Source: Gammaproteobacteria bacterium
GTDB lineage: Bacteria > Pseudomonadota > Gammaproteobacteria > Pseudomonadales > JAHEGP01
Direction of reading: 5' to 3'
Assembly: GCA_030618705.1 (NCBI GenBank)
Contig: JAUXCW010000003.1
Coordinates: 1 to 39,221 of the forward strand
DNA: 39,221 nucleotides
A model generated the notes under the pieces. It was not told where the DNA came from. It made no database searches and saw only the letters and a list, made by a program, of their open reading frames with translations. Below, piece by piece: positions 18,209 through 28,253 of this stretch; within the stretch, counting starts at the first letter, position 1; each line of letters begins with the position of its first letter. The position numbers were made by a program, and so were the translations under genes.

Positions 18209-20245
18209 CTACGGGGTTGCGCGGGCCGGTCGTCGCAACTTGAAGGCGAACACCTGGGCCGCCAGCACGATCACCAGCCGGTGCAGATTCAAGCGCCGGC
18301 CCCAGTGGTAGCGAAGATCCGCGTAGGACAACGCCGAGTAAACCGCCGCGAAGTCGGTAAGGGTTTCCGCCAGCTCGGGATAGACTTGAGCGACGCGGGC
18401 GCTGTAGTTGACCATGGTTTCCGAGGGCTGGCGCTTTGAGCCCAGCAAGCCCAGCAACCAGGTAAAGCCGACCGCGGCAGCATGGGCCGGGGGTCGCTTG
18501 CGAAACAACAGATTCCTGAACATCCAGATCACTAACAACAGCATAACGGCGGACAGGGATATCGCCAGAAACTGTATCAAAGCCCCCATATCGCCACGAC
18601 CAAACCAGTTCTTCATCCAATCCAGCTGGGCAGTGCGATTGTAGTTCAGGAACCAGTGGGCCCAGCCATAGTTGACGGCGTCCCACCACAATCTCATCCC
18701 CCGCGCCCATGCCAGGTCATCGTACCCGAGGAAGCCCATCAGGCCACCCGGGTCGAACTCGTTGCGCTGGCGCAGCATCGATTCGACGCCGTCGATAACA
18801 CGTTCCGGAGCAACCTGGGCCGTCGGATCGAATCGCTCCCAACCCCTGCCCTCGATCCACGCTTCGGCCCAGGCATGGGCATCCATCTGCCGAACACTGA
18901 GATACTCCTCGAAGGGATTCGGCTCACCACCCAGGTATCCGGCAACCATGCGGGCAGGAACGCCCGCGGCACGCATCAGAAAAACGAATCCCGCTGCATA
19001 GTGCTCGCAGTAGCCTTGTTTGCTGTGCAGCAGAAAACCATCAATGCTGTCCCTTCCAAACAACGGCGGGTTCAATGTGTAATAGTATTCCTGCTGGTTG
19101 AACATCCCCATGACAGCCGCGGCAATTTTTCGCGGTGCTTGATAGCGCTGGGCAAGCTCCTGGGCAAGCTCCCGGGCTTGCGGATTTTGTCCCCCCGGCA
19201 AGGCCAGGTTGCGCTGCCTGGACTCTACTGACAACACCGGTTCAAGGTCACTGTAAGCCAGGGATGCAAGCTTGTACTGGAAGCGCCCCTGCTGTATATC
19301 GGGCATTCGCAGGGTATATCCCGCAGTTGCGAGCAAGCCCGTTCCCCGGGGTTGCGCCACTGGCAGCGCAAACAACCAGGTCTTTTCGGACGGTTCGAGA
19401 ATAACACTATAGCTGTAACCACCGGAGCGCTTTCGATATTGCCAACTGGCGGGCTTCACCGGCTTTTCAGAGGCTGGAGAAATATGCCAACTCACACCGT
19501 CGAAGTTTTCGAACACCACTCCACGCCAGTAGAGCTCGCTCATCGGCGGGATGCCGCTTTCAAAGGCCACCCTGAAGGCAACTTCATTGGTCCGCGCAAG
19601 CGCGCCGAACGCGCCCAGGGTAACCGTATCGCTCAGGCCCGGCCGTTTATCCGGGCTGGGCATGGGCACCCTCCACAGCGGTTCGACCCGGGGGAAAAAC
19701 AGGAACAAAACCAGCAATACGGGTATTCCCTGCAACATCAACGAGCCAGTGCGAATAATCGGGACGCTAAAACTACCCAGGTCCCGATGATGCAAGGCCA
19801 ACAGTGAGACCGAGAGCAGTAGGTAACACGCCAGTGCATAGACCATGGCGAGTATGGACTGGTCGTAGAGCAACTGCGTGGCAGCTACGAAATAGCCGAG
19901 GAATATTGTCACATACATATCCCTGGCGTGGCGGGTCTCGAGCAGCTTGAGGAAAAAAATCAGAATCAAAAAGGTGACCGCGGCATCCAGCCCGAGATGA
20001 TCCATATAGCTGAATACCACCACGATCATCGACGCGGTGATCATGATCACGCGGGTAAGCCCGCTGGCAAAGGGGAATTTTCCACGGTAGATCTGGATGC
20101 GCCAGAATCCACAGAACAGGCAAACGCCAAACAGCCACGGGGGCAAACCGAAAACGTGAGGCAGGATCAGGGCAAATTGCGCCGAGAGCAGCCAGAATAA
20201 ACTGCCACGGGAAATCTGGCTGTCGTAACTAACCGAAGTACTCAA
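18209..20245 (-). CDS. TgpA-like membrane transglutaminase-family protein (DUF3488 + transglutaminase core)
   Basis: N-terminal TM bundle, LYWRGVVF, and catalytic triad GYCEHYA / DAHAWAE / RFDPT. The TTG start overlaps the upstream TGA. Confidence 0.92.
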   Translation of the reverse strand: MSTSVSYDSQISRGSLFWLLSAQFALILPHVFGLPPWLFGVCLFCGFWRIQIYRGKFPFASGLTRVIMITASMIVVVFSYMDHLGLDAAVTFLILIFFLKLLETRHARDMYVTIFLGYFVAATQLLYDQSILAMVYALACYLLLSVSLLALHHRDLGSFSVPIIRTGSLMLQGIPVLLVLFLFFPRVEPLWRVPMPSPDKRPGLSDTVTLGAFGALARTNEVAFRVAFESGIPPMSELYWRGVVFENFDGVSWHISPASEKPVKPASWQYRKRSGGYSYSVILEPSEKTWLFALPVAQPRGTGLLATAGYTLRMPDIQQGRFQYKLASLAYSDLEPVLSVESRQRNLALPGGQNPQARELAQELAQRYQAPRKIAAAVMGMFNQQEYYYTLNPPLFGRDSIDGFLLHSKQGYCEHYAAGFVFLMRAAGVPARMVAGYLGGEPNPFEEYLSVRQMDAHAWAEAWIEGRGWERFDPTAQVAPERVIDGVESMLRQRNEFDPGGLMGFLGYDDLAWARGMRLWWDAVNYGWAHWFLNYNRTAQLDWMKNWFGRGDMGALIQFLAISLSAVMLLLVIWMFRNLLFRKRPPAHAAAVGFTWLLGLLGSKRQPSETMVNYSARVAQVYPELAETLTDFAAVYSALSYADLRYHWGRRLNLHRLVIVLAAQVFAFKLRRPARATP

Positions 20246-21204
20246 GCGCGGTACTCCGTACTGCGATACCGCGCCAGCAGGGCGAGCAACTGGTGCAGGT
20301 GTTCCTCACCCTCCGCCGGGGCGAGCTCCCAGCTGCCGAGCTTCAAACCGTAAAGTACTTCCTGCTGGTTGAGCTGCAAGGCCGCATAGCACAGGCGCGA
20401 CAGTCGCTCTTCGAGGTCAGCACCCGGAGTGAGCGCTTCATCGAGCCATACTTCGACGAGTAATGACTCGGTAAATTCCATCGTCATCAGCGGTTGTTGT
20501 TTGGCATATGCCTTCCAGAGAATATGTCGGGGCGGATCGTGCTCGCGCCAGGGCCGAATGTTGGTGAATTCGTCCTGCTGCTGGAAGCTCATCCGCTCGC
20601 TGACCCCCGCATCCCGCTCGATGATCGGCAAGGGCCGCGTAAGCAGGGGCCGGGGGTAAACCCAGGACTCCATATTCAGGTCCAGCCAGGTCCATGCGCG
20701 CAACAAACCAAAGGGGTAAACGGTTTCCAACAGCACCCGCCGGGGTTTTAGCAAGCCCCGCTGCGGTGCGTGATGATACAACTCGACAACCGACTCGGTC
20801 TGCAGGTCCAGGCTGGTCTGTACCATACCCTGCCGCGGCCAACCCGCCTTGATAGACAGATACTTTTTCTCCGGGGAACGTTTGAATATCAGGCGAAACG
20901 TTACCCGGTCACCGGCGAAACCCGGCACATGGTTCGCCTTGCGCACTTGCAGCCCGGCCAGATTGGAATACGTCGCCAGTATCGCCACCACAAATTGCCC
21001 CGCCAGCATAAAAGCCAGCAGGTAAATAGCATTGTTCTGATAGTTAATCGCCGTGATCAACAATAATCCCAGCAGTGCAAAGTAGACAAACCCGGCCCGG
21101 GTGGGAAAAATGAAAATGCGCTTCTGGTCGAGCCGAATTTCAGCTGCCGGCGGGATGCGGCGATCCAGCCATTGCTCATAGCGTGACCTGATTGCAGCCC
21201 TCAT
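20242..21204 (-). CDS. DUF58 domain-containing membrane protein
   Basis: IFIFPTRAG, AINYQNN, YPFGLLRAW and EFTNIRPW...ILWKAYAK. Lies between MoxR and the transglutaminase gene. Confidence 0.9.
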   Translation of the reverse strand: MRAAIRSRYEQWLDRRIPPAAEIRLDQKRIFIFPTRAGFVYFALLGLLLITAINYQNNAIYLLAFMLAGQFVVAILATYSNLAGLQVRKANHVPGFAGDRVTFRLIFKRSPEKKYLSIKAGWPRQGMVQTSLDLQTESVVELYHHAPQRGLLKPRRVLLETVYPFGLLRAWTWLDLNMESWVYPRPLLTRPLPIIERDAGVSERMSFQQQDEFTNIRPWREHDPPRHILWKAYAKQQPLMTMEFTESLLVEVWLDEALTPGADLEERLSRLCYAALQLNQQEVLYGLKLGSWELAPAEGEEHLHQLLALLARYRSTEYRA

Positions 21205-21252
21205 GACGATAGCAAGAGAGCAGTGGCCAGGCCAACGGGCCGGCCGCAAAAA

Positions 21253-22170
21253 TTACGCGAGCACATCGACTGCAGACATTACGCGATGAACAATAGCGCC
21301 GTCGGCAGGCAGCAGATTGGCGCCGTCCCGCAAACGGTGCCCTCCGACAGCGGGAAACACGTGCTGCACATCCTCGGGAATGACGTAGTCCCTCCCCTCC
21401 ATAACAGCCCAGCTCCTGGCCGCATGCAACAAAGCCAGCACCGCGCGGGGCGACAGTCCGACGCCGATATCGTCATCCTGCCGGGTAAAAGCCACCAGGC
21501 GCTGTAAGTAGTCCAACAGACTCTCGCTGACTTTGACAGCCTGCGCCTGTTGTTGCAGGTCAAGCAATTCATCCTGCGATAATAGTGACTTCATCTGCTC
21601 CAGTTTTTCCTGCCCCGATAAACCGGTGAGCATCTCACGCTCTGCCGTGGGGTCGGGGTAGCCCAATTGAATACGCATGGTAAAACGGTCCATCTGTGAT
21701 TCCGGCAGCGGAAAGGTACCGCCCTGATGCTCGGGATTCTGGGTCGCGATAACGAAAAACGGGCTCTCGAGTCGCCGCGATTCACCATCGGCGGTTATCT
21801 GCTGTTCGGCCATGGCTTCCAGCAAGGCGCTTTGCGTCTTGGGCGTCGCTCGGTTGATCTCGTCCGCCAGCAATACCTGGGTAAAAATCGGCCCGGGATG
21901 GAAGACGAAACGCGACTCATCCCGCTCAAAAATAGAAACCCCGATAATATCGGCGGGCAATAAGTCACTGGTGAACTGGATACGCTGGAACTCAAGCCCC
22001 AGGGCCTGCGCCAGTGCATGGGCCAGGGTCGTCTTACCCATTCCCGGCAAGTCCTCGATAAGCAAATGGCCGCGGGCCAGCAGACAGCACAGCGCCAACC
22101 TGACCTTGTCTTCCTTGCCCACCAATACCTGACCTATCGACCGAACTACCCGGCTGACCTGTTTACTCAT
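21253..22170 (-). CDS. MoxR-family AAA+ ATPase
   Basis: HLLIEDLPGMGKT, RIQFTSDLLPADI, LLADEINRATPKTQSALLEAM, ATQNP and LPESQMDRF. Start at MSKQVSR. Confidence 0.95.
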   Translation of the reverse strand: MSKQVSRVVRSIGQVLVGKEDKVRLALCCLLARGHLLIEDLPGMGKTTLAHALAQALGLEFQRIQFTSDLLPADIIGVSIFERDESRFVFHPGPIFTQVLLADEINRATPKTQSALLEAMAEQQITADGESRRLESPFFVIATQNPEHQGGTFPLPESQMDRFTMRIQLGYPDPTAEREMLTGLSGQEKLEQMKSLLSQDELLDLQQQAQAVKVSESLLDYLQRLVAFTRQDDDIGVGLSPRAVLALLHAARSWAVMEGRDYVIPEDVQHVFPAVGGHRLRDGANLLPADGAIVHRVMSAVDVLA

Positions 22171-22366
22171 GAACGCTCCCGATGACACCACAATCGTTAA
22201 AAAGCCCCCGCTCGCGGAGGCTGTGTGCTGTCTTGATAGTATAGACCACCCGACCATACCGAGGCCGGGGTCGATTCCGTCACCCCATCACCGTTGTCAA
22301 CAAGCTCTTCCCCTCATCGGGGGGATGGAGTATTGTCGTGGACGATAACATTGCAGGGAAATACCG

Positions 22367-22765
22367 ATGAGCATGACTGGAGGTTGTTACTGCGGCGCAC
22401 TGCGCTATGAGGCAGGGGATATCATGGCGAAAGCCCAGTGCAGCTGCCGTGAATGCCAGTACTTTACCGGGGGTAGCCCCAATGTCATTGCCGGAGTGGC
22501 CGAGGACAGTTTCCGTTACACCCAGGGAGAACCGCAACAAATCAGCGGCAAGGGCGGCTCACCGACCCGGGAGTTTTGCGGCGACTGCGGAACCCATATC
22601 GTGGCGCGCTCTCCCGACCTCGGTGGCATGGTAATGGTCAAGGTCGGCACCCTCGACAAGCCTGAAGAGTTCGGCAGCCCGGAAGTAGCGGTATTCACCA
22701 GTGAAGCCTATAGCTGGCACTCCGTGCCCGAGGGCTGCGCGAGTTTTGAAAAATTTATGGGCTAG
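22367..22765 (+). CDS. GFA (glutathione-dependent formaldehyde-activating / CENP-V) family protein
   Basis: Zn-binding pattern GGCYCG, CSCRECQ, FCGDCGT, plus KVGTLD. Confidence 0.9.
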   Translation: MSMTGGCYCGALRYEAGDIMAKAQCSCRECQYFTGGSPNVIAGVAEDSFRYTQGEPQQISGKGGSPTREFCGDCGTHIVARSPDLGGMVMVKVGTLDKPEEFGSPEVAVFTSEAYSWHSVPEGCASFEKFMG

Positions 22766-22796
22766 CGGGGAAATTTTACGAATGGGGTGGTTGAAC

Positions 22797-22814
22797 GGCG
22801 GAAATTCGTCCGCC
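22797..22814. terminator. Hairpin between the convergent GFA and LRR genes
   Basis: GGCGGA-aattcg-TCCGCC, a 6-bp GC-rich stem with a weak U-tract. Confidence 0.35.
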
Positions 22815-22840
22815 TCCTGTATGCTCATGCGACATGCAGG

Positions 22841-24568
22841 CTAGGGACCGGCACACTCGATATAGCCCAGCTGAACAACTTCACCTAGCGCTGCAATCAG
22901 TGTTTCCAGCTCGCTACAGGAAAGGTTATCTGTCCAGAAACCGAAGGCCAGTGCCTCCAAGTTGTGCAGCACTGCTAAGTCGTCGATATTCCCAACGCCC
23001 AAACCACCAATCGGATTCATACCAATCGACAATAACCGCAGCTCACTTAAGCTAGCCAATGGACTGACATTCACTATTTCATTGGCTTCAAGCCAAAGAT
23101 AATTTAGACCTGATAGATTCGAGAGTTGGCTAACGTCAGAGATAGAATTGTACTGCAGCTCTAGAAGCTTCAAATTCGATAAGTTTGCCAGTGGGCCAAT
23201 GTCAGATAGGTTTTCACTGCCTATGATAACCAGTCTCTTAAGCTTTACGTGCTCAGCGATGGGGGCTAAGTCGGCTACAGAAGTGTAAATTAACTTAAGG
23301 TCTTCCAGGCGTACAAGATCGGAAATTGCCGAAAGGTCACCTAGCGCCCTCCCCCTTAGCTCCAGCTCTTGGAGATTGACTAGCTCCGCAAGCGGCGTGA
23401 AATCGGCATTCGTATTCTCGTCTAGAATTAACTTGTCAAGTTTCTTTAAGTTTGCCAGAAAAGATATATCAAGGATCGGCGCGCGAATGTTAAGTTCGCG
23501 CAGACTTTCCAGACCGGAGAGCGGACTTAGATCTTGAGGCGCATGGGGAAGCTCAAGCGACAAGACCTCTAGTTTCTTTAACGATTGTAACGCCGAGATA
23601 TCCAACGGCCCCTCCTCTGGCGACGCCTCAGATTGAATTGAAAGTCCTCTGAGATTGGTAAAGTCGGACAACCAGCTGAGCTCTAATGGGTAGTAGTAAT
23701 TTTGACAATCTGCGAAAGCCAGCCGCTCAACGTTAGCTATAACAGGTCGCCAGTAGGGATTTATCCAAGTCGTGCAGCCTTCAAGTTTAACGCCATCCAG
23801 ACGGGGAAGTTGCGATAGCCATTCTTTCGGTCTGCTGGTCGATATATTTACCTTTGTAGATTCTGGCAGATTTTCTAGCCACGAATAATCATCCTCTTGT
23901 TCGACAGTGACCGTCAGCCAGTTGAGTTTCAAGCTCAATAATTGGGTGTGATCAACAATAGCGTTTTTAGAAATATCGAGTTCCGACAGGAAAGGTACAG
24001 ATGCTAATGGTGAAAGATCTGTGATTTCGTTTTTTGGGGCTTCGAAACTTCGAAGACTCGTTAGGTTTTCTACGCCACTGAGCGATGCAATTCTACGATT
24101 GCTGCAGTCGAGTTCCTCTACTTCATAAACATACACGGATCGGGCGGCCGCTACGCAAGCCTTAATACCTTGATCTTCAAATTCGAGTTCCGACAACGGT
24201 TTTGTTTCACCGAAAATGGCTGTTAGCGGGAAGGTATGACCCCACGCGGCTTTAACAGTATCGGCTGACACAGCAAAAGTACAACTTGGATGGTTGATTT
24301 GCTCTTCGTTCGGGCATCCCTCCCAGCGTACAAATGTCCAGCCATCTCGCGGAACAGCTGTGTAGGTCTCCTGATAATCCTCAATAACCATATTCTCGCA
24401 AGGCTGAGATTCAAGCACGCAATTTCGGCCGCCCGATGCCGAGACAATATCGCCTTCTCCTGCAATCTGAAGGGAGTGATCACAGCCGAACAAAAGAAAA
24501 AAGAAGATAAAAATAGTTAATGTCTTCAAGCTGGGCGAAAAATCCTTGATATGACATTCGTGGAACAC
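22841..24568 (-). CDS. Internalin-like leucine-rich-repeat lipoprotein (low GC)
   Basis: GGGAG RBS upstream of the GTG start. Hydrophobic signal with lipobox LLFGC. Cys-containing B-repeat-like module (YTAVPRDGWTFVRWEGC). Many roughly 22-aa LRRs (e.g. LANLSNLKLLELQYNSISDVSQ, LSNLSGLNYLWLEANEIVNVSP). Confidence 0.88.
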   Translation of the reverse strand: MFHECHIKDFSPSLKTLTIFIFFFLLFGCDHSLQIAGEGDIVSASGGRNCVLESQPCENMVIEDYQETYTAVPRDGWTFVRWEGCPNEEQINHPSCTFAVSADTVKAAWGHTFPLTAIFGETKPLSELEFEDQGIKACVAAARSVYVYEVEELDCSNRRIASLSGVENLTSLRSFEAPKNEITDLSPLASVPFLSELDISKNAIVDHTQLLSLKLNWLTVTVEQEDDYSWLENLPESTKVNISTSRPKEWLSQLPRLDGVKLEGCTTWINPYWRPVIANVERLAFADCQNYYYPLELSWLSDFTNLRGLSIQSEASPEEGPLDISALQSLKKLEVLSLELPHAPQDLSPLSGLESLRELNIRAPILDISFLANLKKLDKLILDENTNADFTPLAELVNLQELELRGRALGDLSAISDLVRLEDLKLIYTSVADLAPIAEHVKLKRLVIIGSENLSDIGPLANLSNLKLLELQYNSISDVSQLSNLSGLNYLWLEANEIVNVSPLASLSELRLLSIGMNPIGGLGVGNIDDLAVLHNLEALAFGFWTDNLSCSELETLIAALGEVVQLGYIECAGP

Positions 24569-24798
24569 TGATTAACTCCCTGTACGATTGCTCGAATACG
24601 ACCCATAAATTGAATGGCGACAGGTATGAGTATAGATTTAATCAAGGAAGATACTCCGTACATACTGCCAGAACAAAAGCAACGAAGAGATCCGGGCAAC
24701 AATATTTGGGAATATGTGAATGAAATCACAAGCTATGGCGAGCATATGAGCAAGAGGAGTTGATCATAGTCAAGGTTCTTCCCTTGATCTGTCGCTAA

Positions 24799-24852
24799 AT
24801 AAATGGGGACGCAACCCTTTTCCCCTGGGAAAAGGGTTGCGTCCCCATTTAT
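24799..24852. repeat. Perfect inverted repeat with 26-bp arms and 2-nt spacer (REP-doublet-like; probably also the metZ terminator)
   Basis: ATAAATGGGGACGCAACCCTTTTCCC-ct-GGGAAAAGGGTTGCGTCCCCATTTAT, 9 bp downstream of the metZ stop. Confidence 0.9.
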
Positions 24853-24861
24853 GAGTGCCAT

Positions 24862-26082
24862 TTATGAAAGCGCTGATAGACCTCGGCTGATATCCGCCTC
24901 GATGTCCTCGATAGCCTCGAGGCCGACCGATATGCGAACCAGGTTCTGCGTAATCCCGGCCTCTGCACGCTCTTCCTCGCTCAGGCGACCATGAGTGGTG
25001 GTTGCAGGATGCACGATGGTGGATTTGGCATCACCGAGATTGGCGGTGATGGATAATAGTCGGGTCGCATCGATCAGTTGCCAGGCCTGTTCGCGCCCCC
25101 CGCGCACACGAAAGGACAATACACCACCAAAGGCCGTCTGCTGTCGTCGGGCCAGCTCGTGCTGGGGGTGGCTTGCCAGGCCCGAATAGAAAACCTGCTC
25201 GACCTGCTCCTGCTGCTCTAACCAATGCGCCAATTGCAGCGCACTAGCGCTATGGGCCTCCATGCGCAGGCGCAGGGTCTCAAGACCCTTCAGAAACACC
25301 CAGGCGTTGAACGGGCTCATAGTCGGGCCACAGGAGCGCAGAAAGCCGAGTACCTCGTCCATGTGCGCCGCAGACCCCACGGCGACGCCACCGACACAGC
25401 GTCCCTGCCCGTCCAGGTATTTGGTCGCCGAATGCACCACGATATCGGCGCCCAGCTGCAGGGGTTTTTGTAGTGCCGGGGTACAAAAACAATTGTCGAC
25501 GATCAGCAGGCTGTCGTTGCGACGAGCGAGATCGCCGATGCGCTGGATATCGACGATTTCGGAAAGCGGGTTGGAGGGTGTTTCCAGAAACAGGGCACGG
25601 GTCTGCGGTGTTATCGCGGACTCCCATGCCTGGTAATCCGTCGGTGCGACGAAGGTGACGGCAACGCCGAACTTGGACAGGTACTTGTTGAGTAGCGTTG
25701 TGGTGGTGCCGAACACACTGCGTGAGCACACGACATGATCACCGGCCTGCAGCAGGGCCATAAAGGTGCTCAGTATCGCCGCCATACCGGAGGCCGTCGC
25801 CACACCGCGCTCCGCGCCCTCGAGGGCGGCAATTCGCTGTTCGAATATATTGACCGTGGGGTTGGTATAGCGCGAGTAGACATTGCCGGGCTCGTCGCCT
25901 GAGAAGCGGTCGGCGGCGCTGCGAGCGCTGTCGAATACATAGCTCGAGGTGGTGTAGATGGGTTCGCAGTGCTCGCCCTCCGGCCCACGCACCTGCCCGG
26001 CTCGCACTGCCAGGGTATCGAGGTGAGCGTCGCGCAGGATGTCCTGCAATTGGGCCTGTTTATCCTTGTTGTCCACTGTCAT
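24862..26082 (-). CDS. metZ: O-succinylhomoserine sulfhydrylase
   Basis: YSRYTNPTV, TASGMAAI, ETPSNP, DNCFCTP, PLP lysine in HSATKYLDGQGR, TANLGDAK and HPATTTHGR. Located downstream of purF. Confidence 0.96.
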   Translation of the reverse strand: MTVDNKDKQAQLQDILRDAHLDTLAVRAGQVRGPEGEHCEPIYTTSSYVFDSARSAADRFSGDEPGNVYSRYTNPTVNIFEQRIAALEGAERGVATASGMAAILSTFMALLQAGDHVVCSRSVFGTTTTLLNKYLSKFGVAVTFVAPTDYQAWESAITPQTRALFLETPSNPLSEIVDIQRIGDLARRNDSLLIVDNCFCTPALQKPLQLGADIVVHSATKYLDGQGRCVGGVAVGSAAHMDEVLGFLRSCGPTMSPFNAWVFLKGLETLRLRMEAHSASALQLAHWLEQQEQVEQVFYSGLASHPQHELARRQQTAFGGVLSFRVRGGREQAWQLIDATRLLSITANLGDAKSTIVHPATTTHGRLSEEERAEAGITQNLVRISVGLEAIEDIEADISRGLSALS

Positions 26083-26102
26083 TCCCGGGTAAGCGGTTAT
26101 TT

Positions 26103-27608
26103 CTAGATAACGGTGCTGTCGGCATCCAGTATTGTATCTTGCTGGTTGCGGGTGGCATCGTTGCGCAAATCGTGAATGTGGTCGAGGTAGCTTTGATCCA
26201 CGTCGCCGGTAATATACTCCCCTTCGAACACAGAGCACTCAAACCGCTCGATGTCCGGATTGCCCTCCGCCGAGCTGGAGACCAGGTCCTTCAGGTCCTG
26301 GTATACCAGCCAGTCCGCACCGATCAGCTCACCGATCTCATCCGGGGTGCGGTTGTAAGCAATCAATTCATCCGCCGAGGGCATATCGATGCCATATACA
26401 TTGGGGTGCCGCACCGGCGGCGCCGCCGAGGCAAAATAGACCTTGTTGGCCCCCGCCTCCCGTGCCATTTCGATGATCTGCCGGCAAGTAGTGCCGCGGA
26501 CAATGGAATCGTCCACCAGCATGACATTTTTCCCCTTGAATTCCAGATCGATGGCGTTGAGTTTACGGCGCACCGAGCGAGCCCGCATTTTTTGCCCCGG
26601 CATGATAAAAGTGCGGCCGATATAGCGGTTCTTCATCAAGCCCTCGCGAAATTTGACTCCCAGGGTCTGGGCCATGGCCTGGGCCGCGACCCGACTGGTA
26701 TCGGGAATGGGAATGACGACGTCGATATCGTGATCCGGCCGCAGGCGCATGACCTTTTCCGCCAGGCGCTCACCCTGGCGCAGGCGCGCCTTGTATATCG
26801 ATACCCCGTCGATGATGGAGTCCGGCCGGGCAAAATAGACATGTTCAAAAATGCAGGGGGCCAACTGCGGCGCGTCGGCACACTGGCAGCTATGTACTTT
26901 GCCGTCAACATCGATATAGAGCGCTTCACCCGGCTCGAGATCCCGCACCAGGCGGAACCCCATAACGGACAGGGCCACACTCTCCGAGGCGATCATGTAT
27001 TCCTTCCCCTGCGGGGTGTCTTTCTCGCCGTAAACCACCGGACGAATGCCCATCGGGTCGCGAAAGCCGAGTACGCCGTAATCGGCGATCAGCGCGCAAG
27101 CCGCATAACCGCCTCGACAGCGACGGTGCACCGCCTTTACCGCAGCGAAAATATCCTTTTCTGATGGGCGAAGCTTGCCCAGGCTTTGCAATTCATGGGC
27201 AAAAATATTTAACAGCACTTCGGTATCGGAATCGGTGTTGAGGTGGCGCAAGTCCGCCTTGTAAAGCTCCTCCGACAACTGCTCCGTATTGGTCAGGTTG
27301 CCGTTGTGGGCCAGGCTGATACCGTAGGGTGAATTGACGTAAAACGGCTGGGCCAGGTCCGGACTGGAACTGCCGGCGGTGGGGTAGCGAACGTGGCCTA
27401 TCCCCATGTTACCCACCAGGGCTTCCATATTGCGACGGCGAAACACATCGCGTACCAGACCGTTGGCCTTGTGTTGATGAAACAGTCCATTGTTGTCGCA
27501 GGTAACGATGCCGGCGGAGTCCTGTCCACGATGCTGCAACACTGTCAACGCATCGTACAAGGTCACGTTGACATCAGACTTGCCTACAATACCGACTATA
27601 CCGCACAT
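26103..27608 (-). CDS. purF: Amidophosphoribosyltransferase
   Basis: MCGIVG (Ntn Cys), [23 protein letters not shown] and PRPP motif [10 protein letters not shown]. Confidence 0.98.
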   Translation of the reverse strand: MCGIVGIVGKSDVNVTLYDALTVLQHRGQDSAGIVTCDNNGLFHQHKANGLVRDVFRRRNMEALVGNMGIGHVRYPTAGSSSPDLAQPFYVNSPYGISLAHNGNLTNTEQLSEELYKADLRHLNTDSDTEVLLNIFAHELQSLGKLRPSEKDIFAAVKAVHRRCRGGYAACALIADYGVLGFRDPMGIRPVVYGEKDTPQGKEYMIASESVALSVMGFRLVRDLEPGEALYIDVDGKVHSCQCADAPQLAPCIFEHVYFARPDSIIDGVSIYKARLRQGERLAEKVMRLRPDHDIDVVIPIPDTSRVAAQAMAQTLGVKFREGLMKNRYIGRTFIMPGQKMRARSVRRKLNAIDLEFKGKNVMLVDDSIVRGTTCRQIIEMAREAGANKVYFASAAPPVRHPNVYGIDMPSADELIAYNRTPDEIGELIGADWLVYQDLKDLVSSSAEGNPDIERFECSVFEGEYITGDVDQSYLDHIHDLRNDATRNQQDTILDADSTVI

Positions 27609-27720
27609 AAATCGCACTCCACCGGTCGATCAGGCCCCACTCCGGGCCCGATTACATCACCCTGTCTCAAACCCCGTCATTGTCAGCAGATACGGCGCGC
27701 TGTCAACAGCCAGGCCCGCA

Positions 27721-28227
27721 TTAAACCTGTATCCACTCCAGTACACGGGCAGTACTGTCCCTTGCCCAATTCTCCAGCAGCATCAGGTGTGGCACCAGGA
27801 CCGAGCGACCGAACCAGTCGGGTTTGGCCGTGCCACTCGCCTCCAGCGCCAGGTCCGCCACCAGCACCAGGGCCAGGGCCAGCACGACGCCACGGACAAA
27901 ACCAAATGCCATTCCCAGCACCCTGTCGGCCAGGCTCAGCCCGGTCACCTTGATCAATTGGCCGATAAGAAAACCCGCCATCGAGCCCGCCAGCAAGGTC
28001 AGGATAAAAAGAATTAGAAATGATGCGATCTGGCGCGGTTGTTCAGCTTCGATCACATCCTGCAGCATCACCTGCATCGACGGGCTGAACATGGTGGCGA
28101 TCATAAAAGCGAGCACCCAGGCACCAAGCGAGATGGCTTCCCGTGCGAAACCGCGCCACAGGCTCAGCAGCGTTGACAGGGCTACCACACCCAGGATTAT
28201 CCAGTCGGCAAGTGTCAGTTCAGCCAC
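27721..28227 (-). CDS. cvpA: CvpA (colicin V production) family membrane protein
   Basis: DWIIL...RGFAREAISL and GLSLADRVLGMAFGFVRG. Lies between dedD and purF. GTG start inferred. Confidence 0.92.
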   Translation of the reverse strand: MAELTLADWIILGVVALSTLLSLWRGFAREAISLGAWVLAFMIATMFSPSMQVMLQDVIEAEQPRQIASFLILFILTLLAGSMAGFLIGQLIKVTGLSLADRVLGMAFGFVRGVVLALALVLVADLALEASGTAKPDWFGRSVLVPHLMLLENWARDSTARVLEWIQV

Positions 28228-28253
28228 CGACCCGGCCCCGCGGCAAACCGGCG

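Noticed and set aside
22781-24808. AATGGGG at both ends of the low-GC islet as an att/target duplication
   Set aside because: Only 7 bp long and no integrase or tRNA is nearby, so it cannot be distinguished from chance.
27721-28227. cvpA together with hlyBD as a colicin V/bacteriocin system
   Set aside because: cvpA is in its normal housekeeping position before purF, 20 kb from hlyBD. The HlyB peptidase domain appears inactive and I saw no double-glycine precursor.
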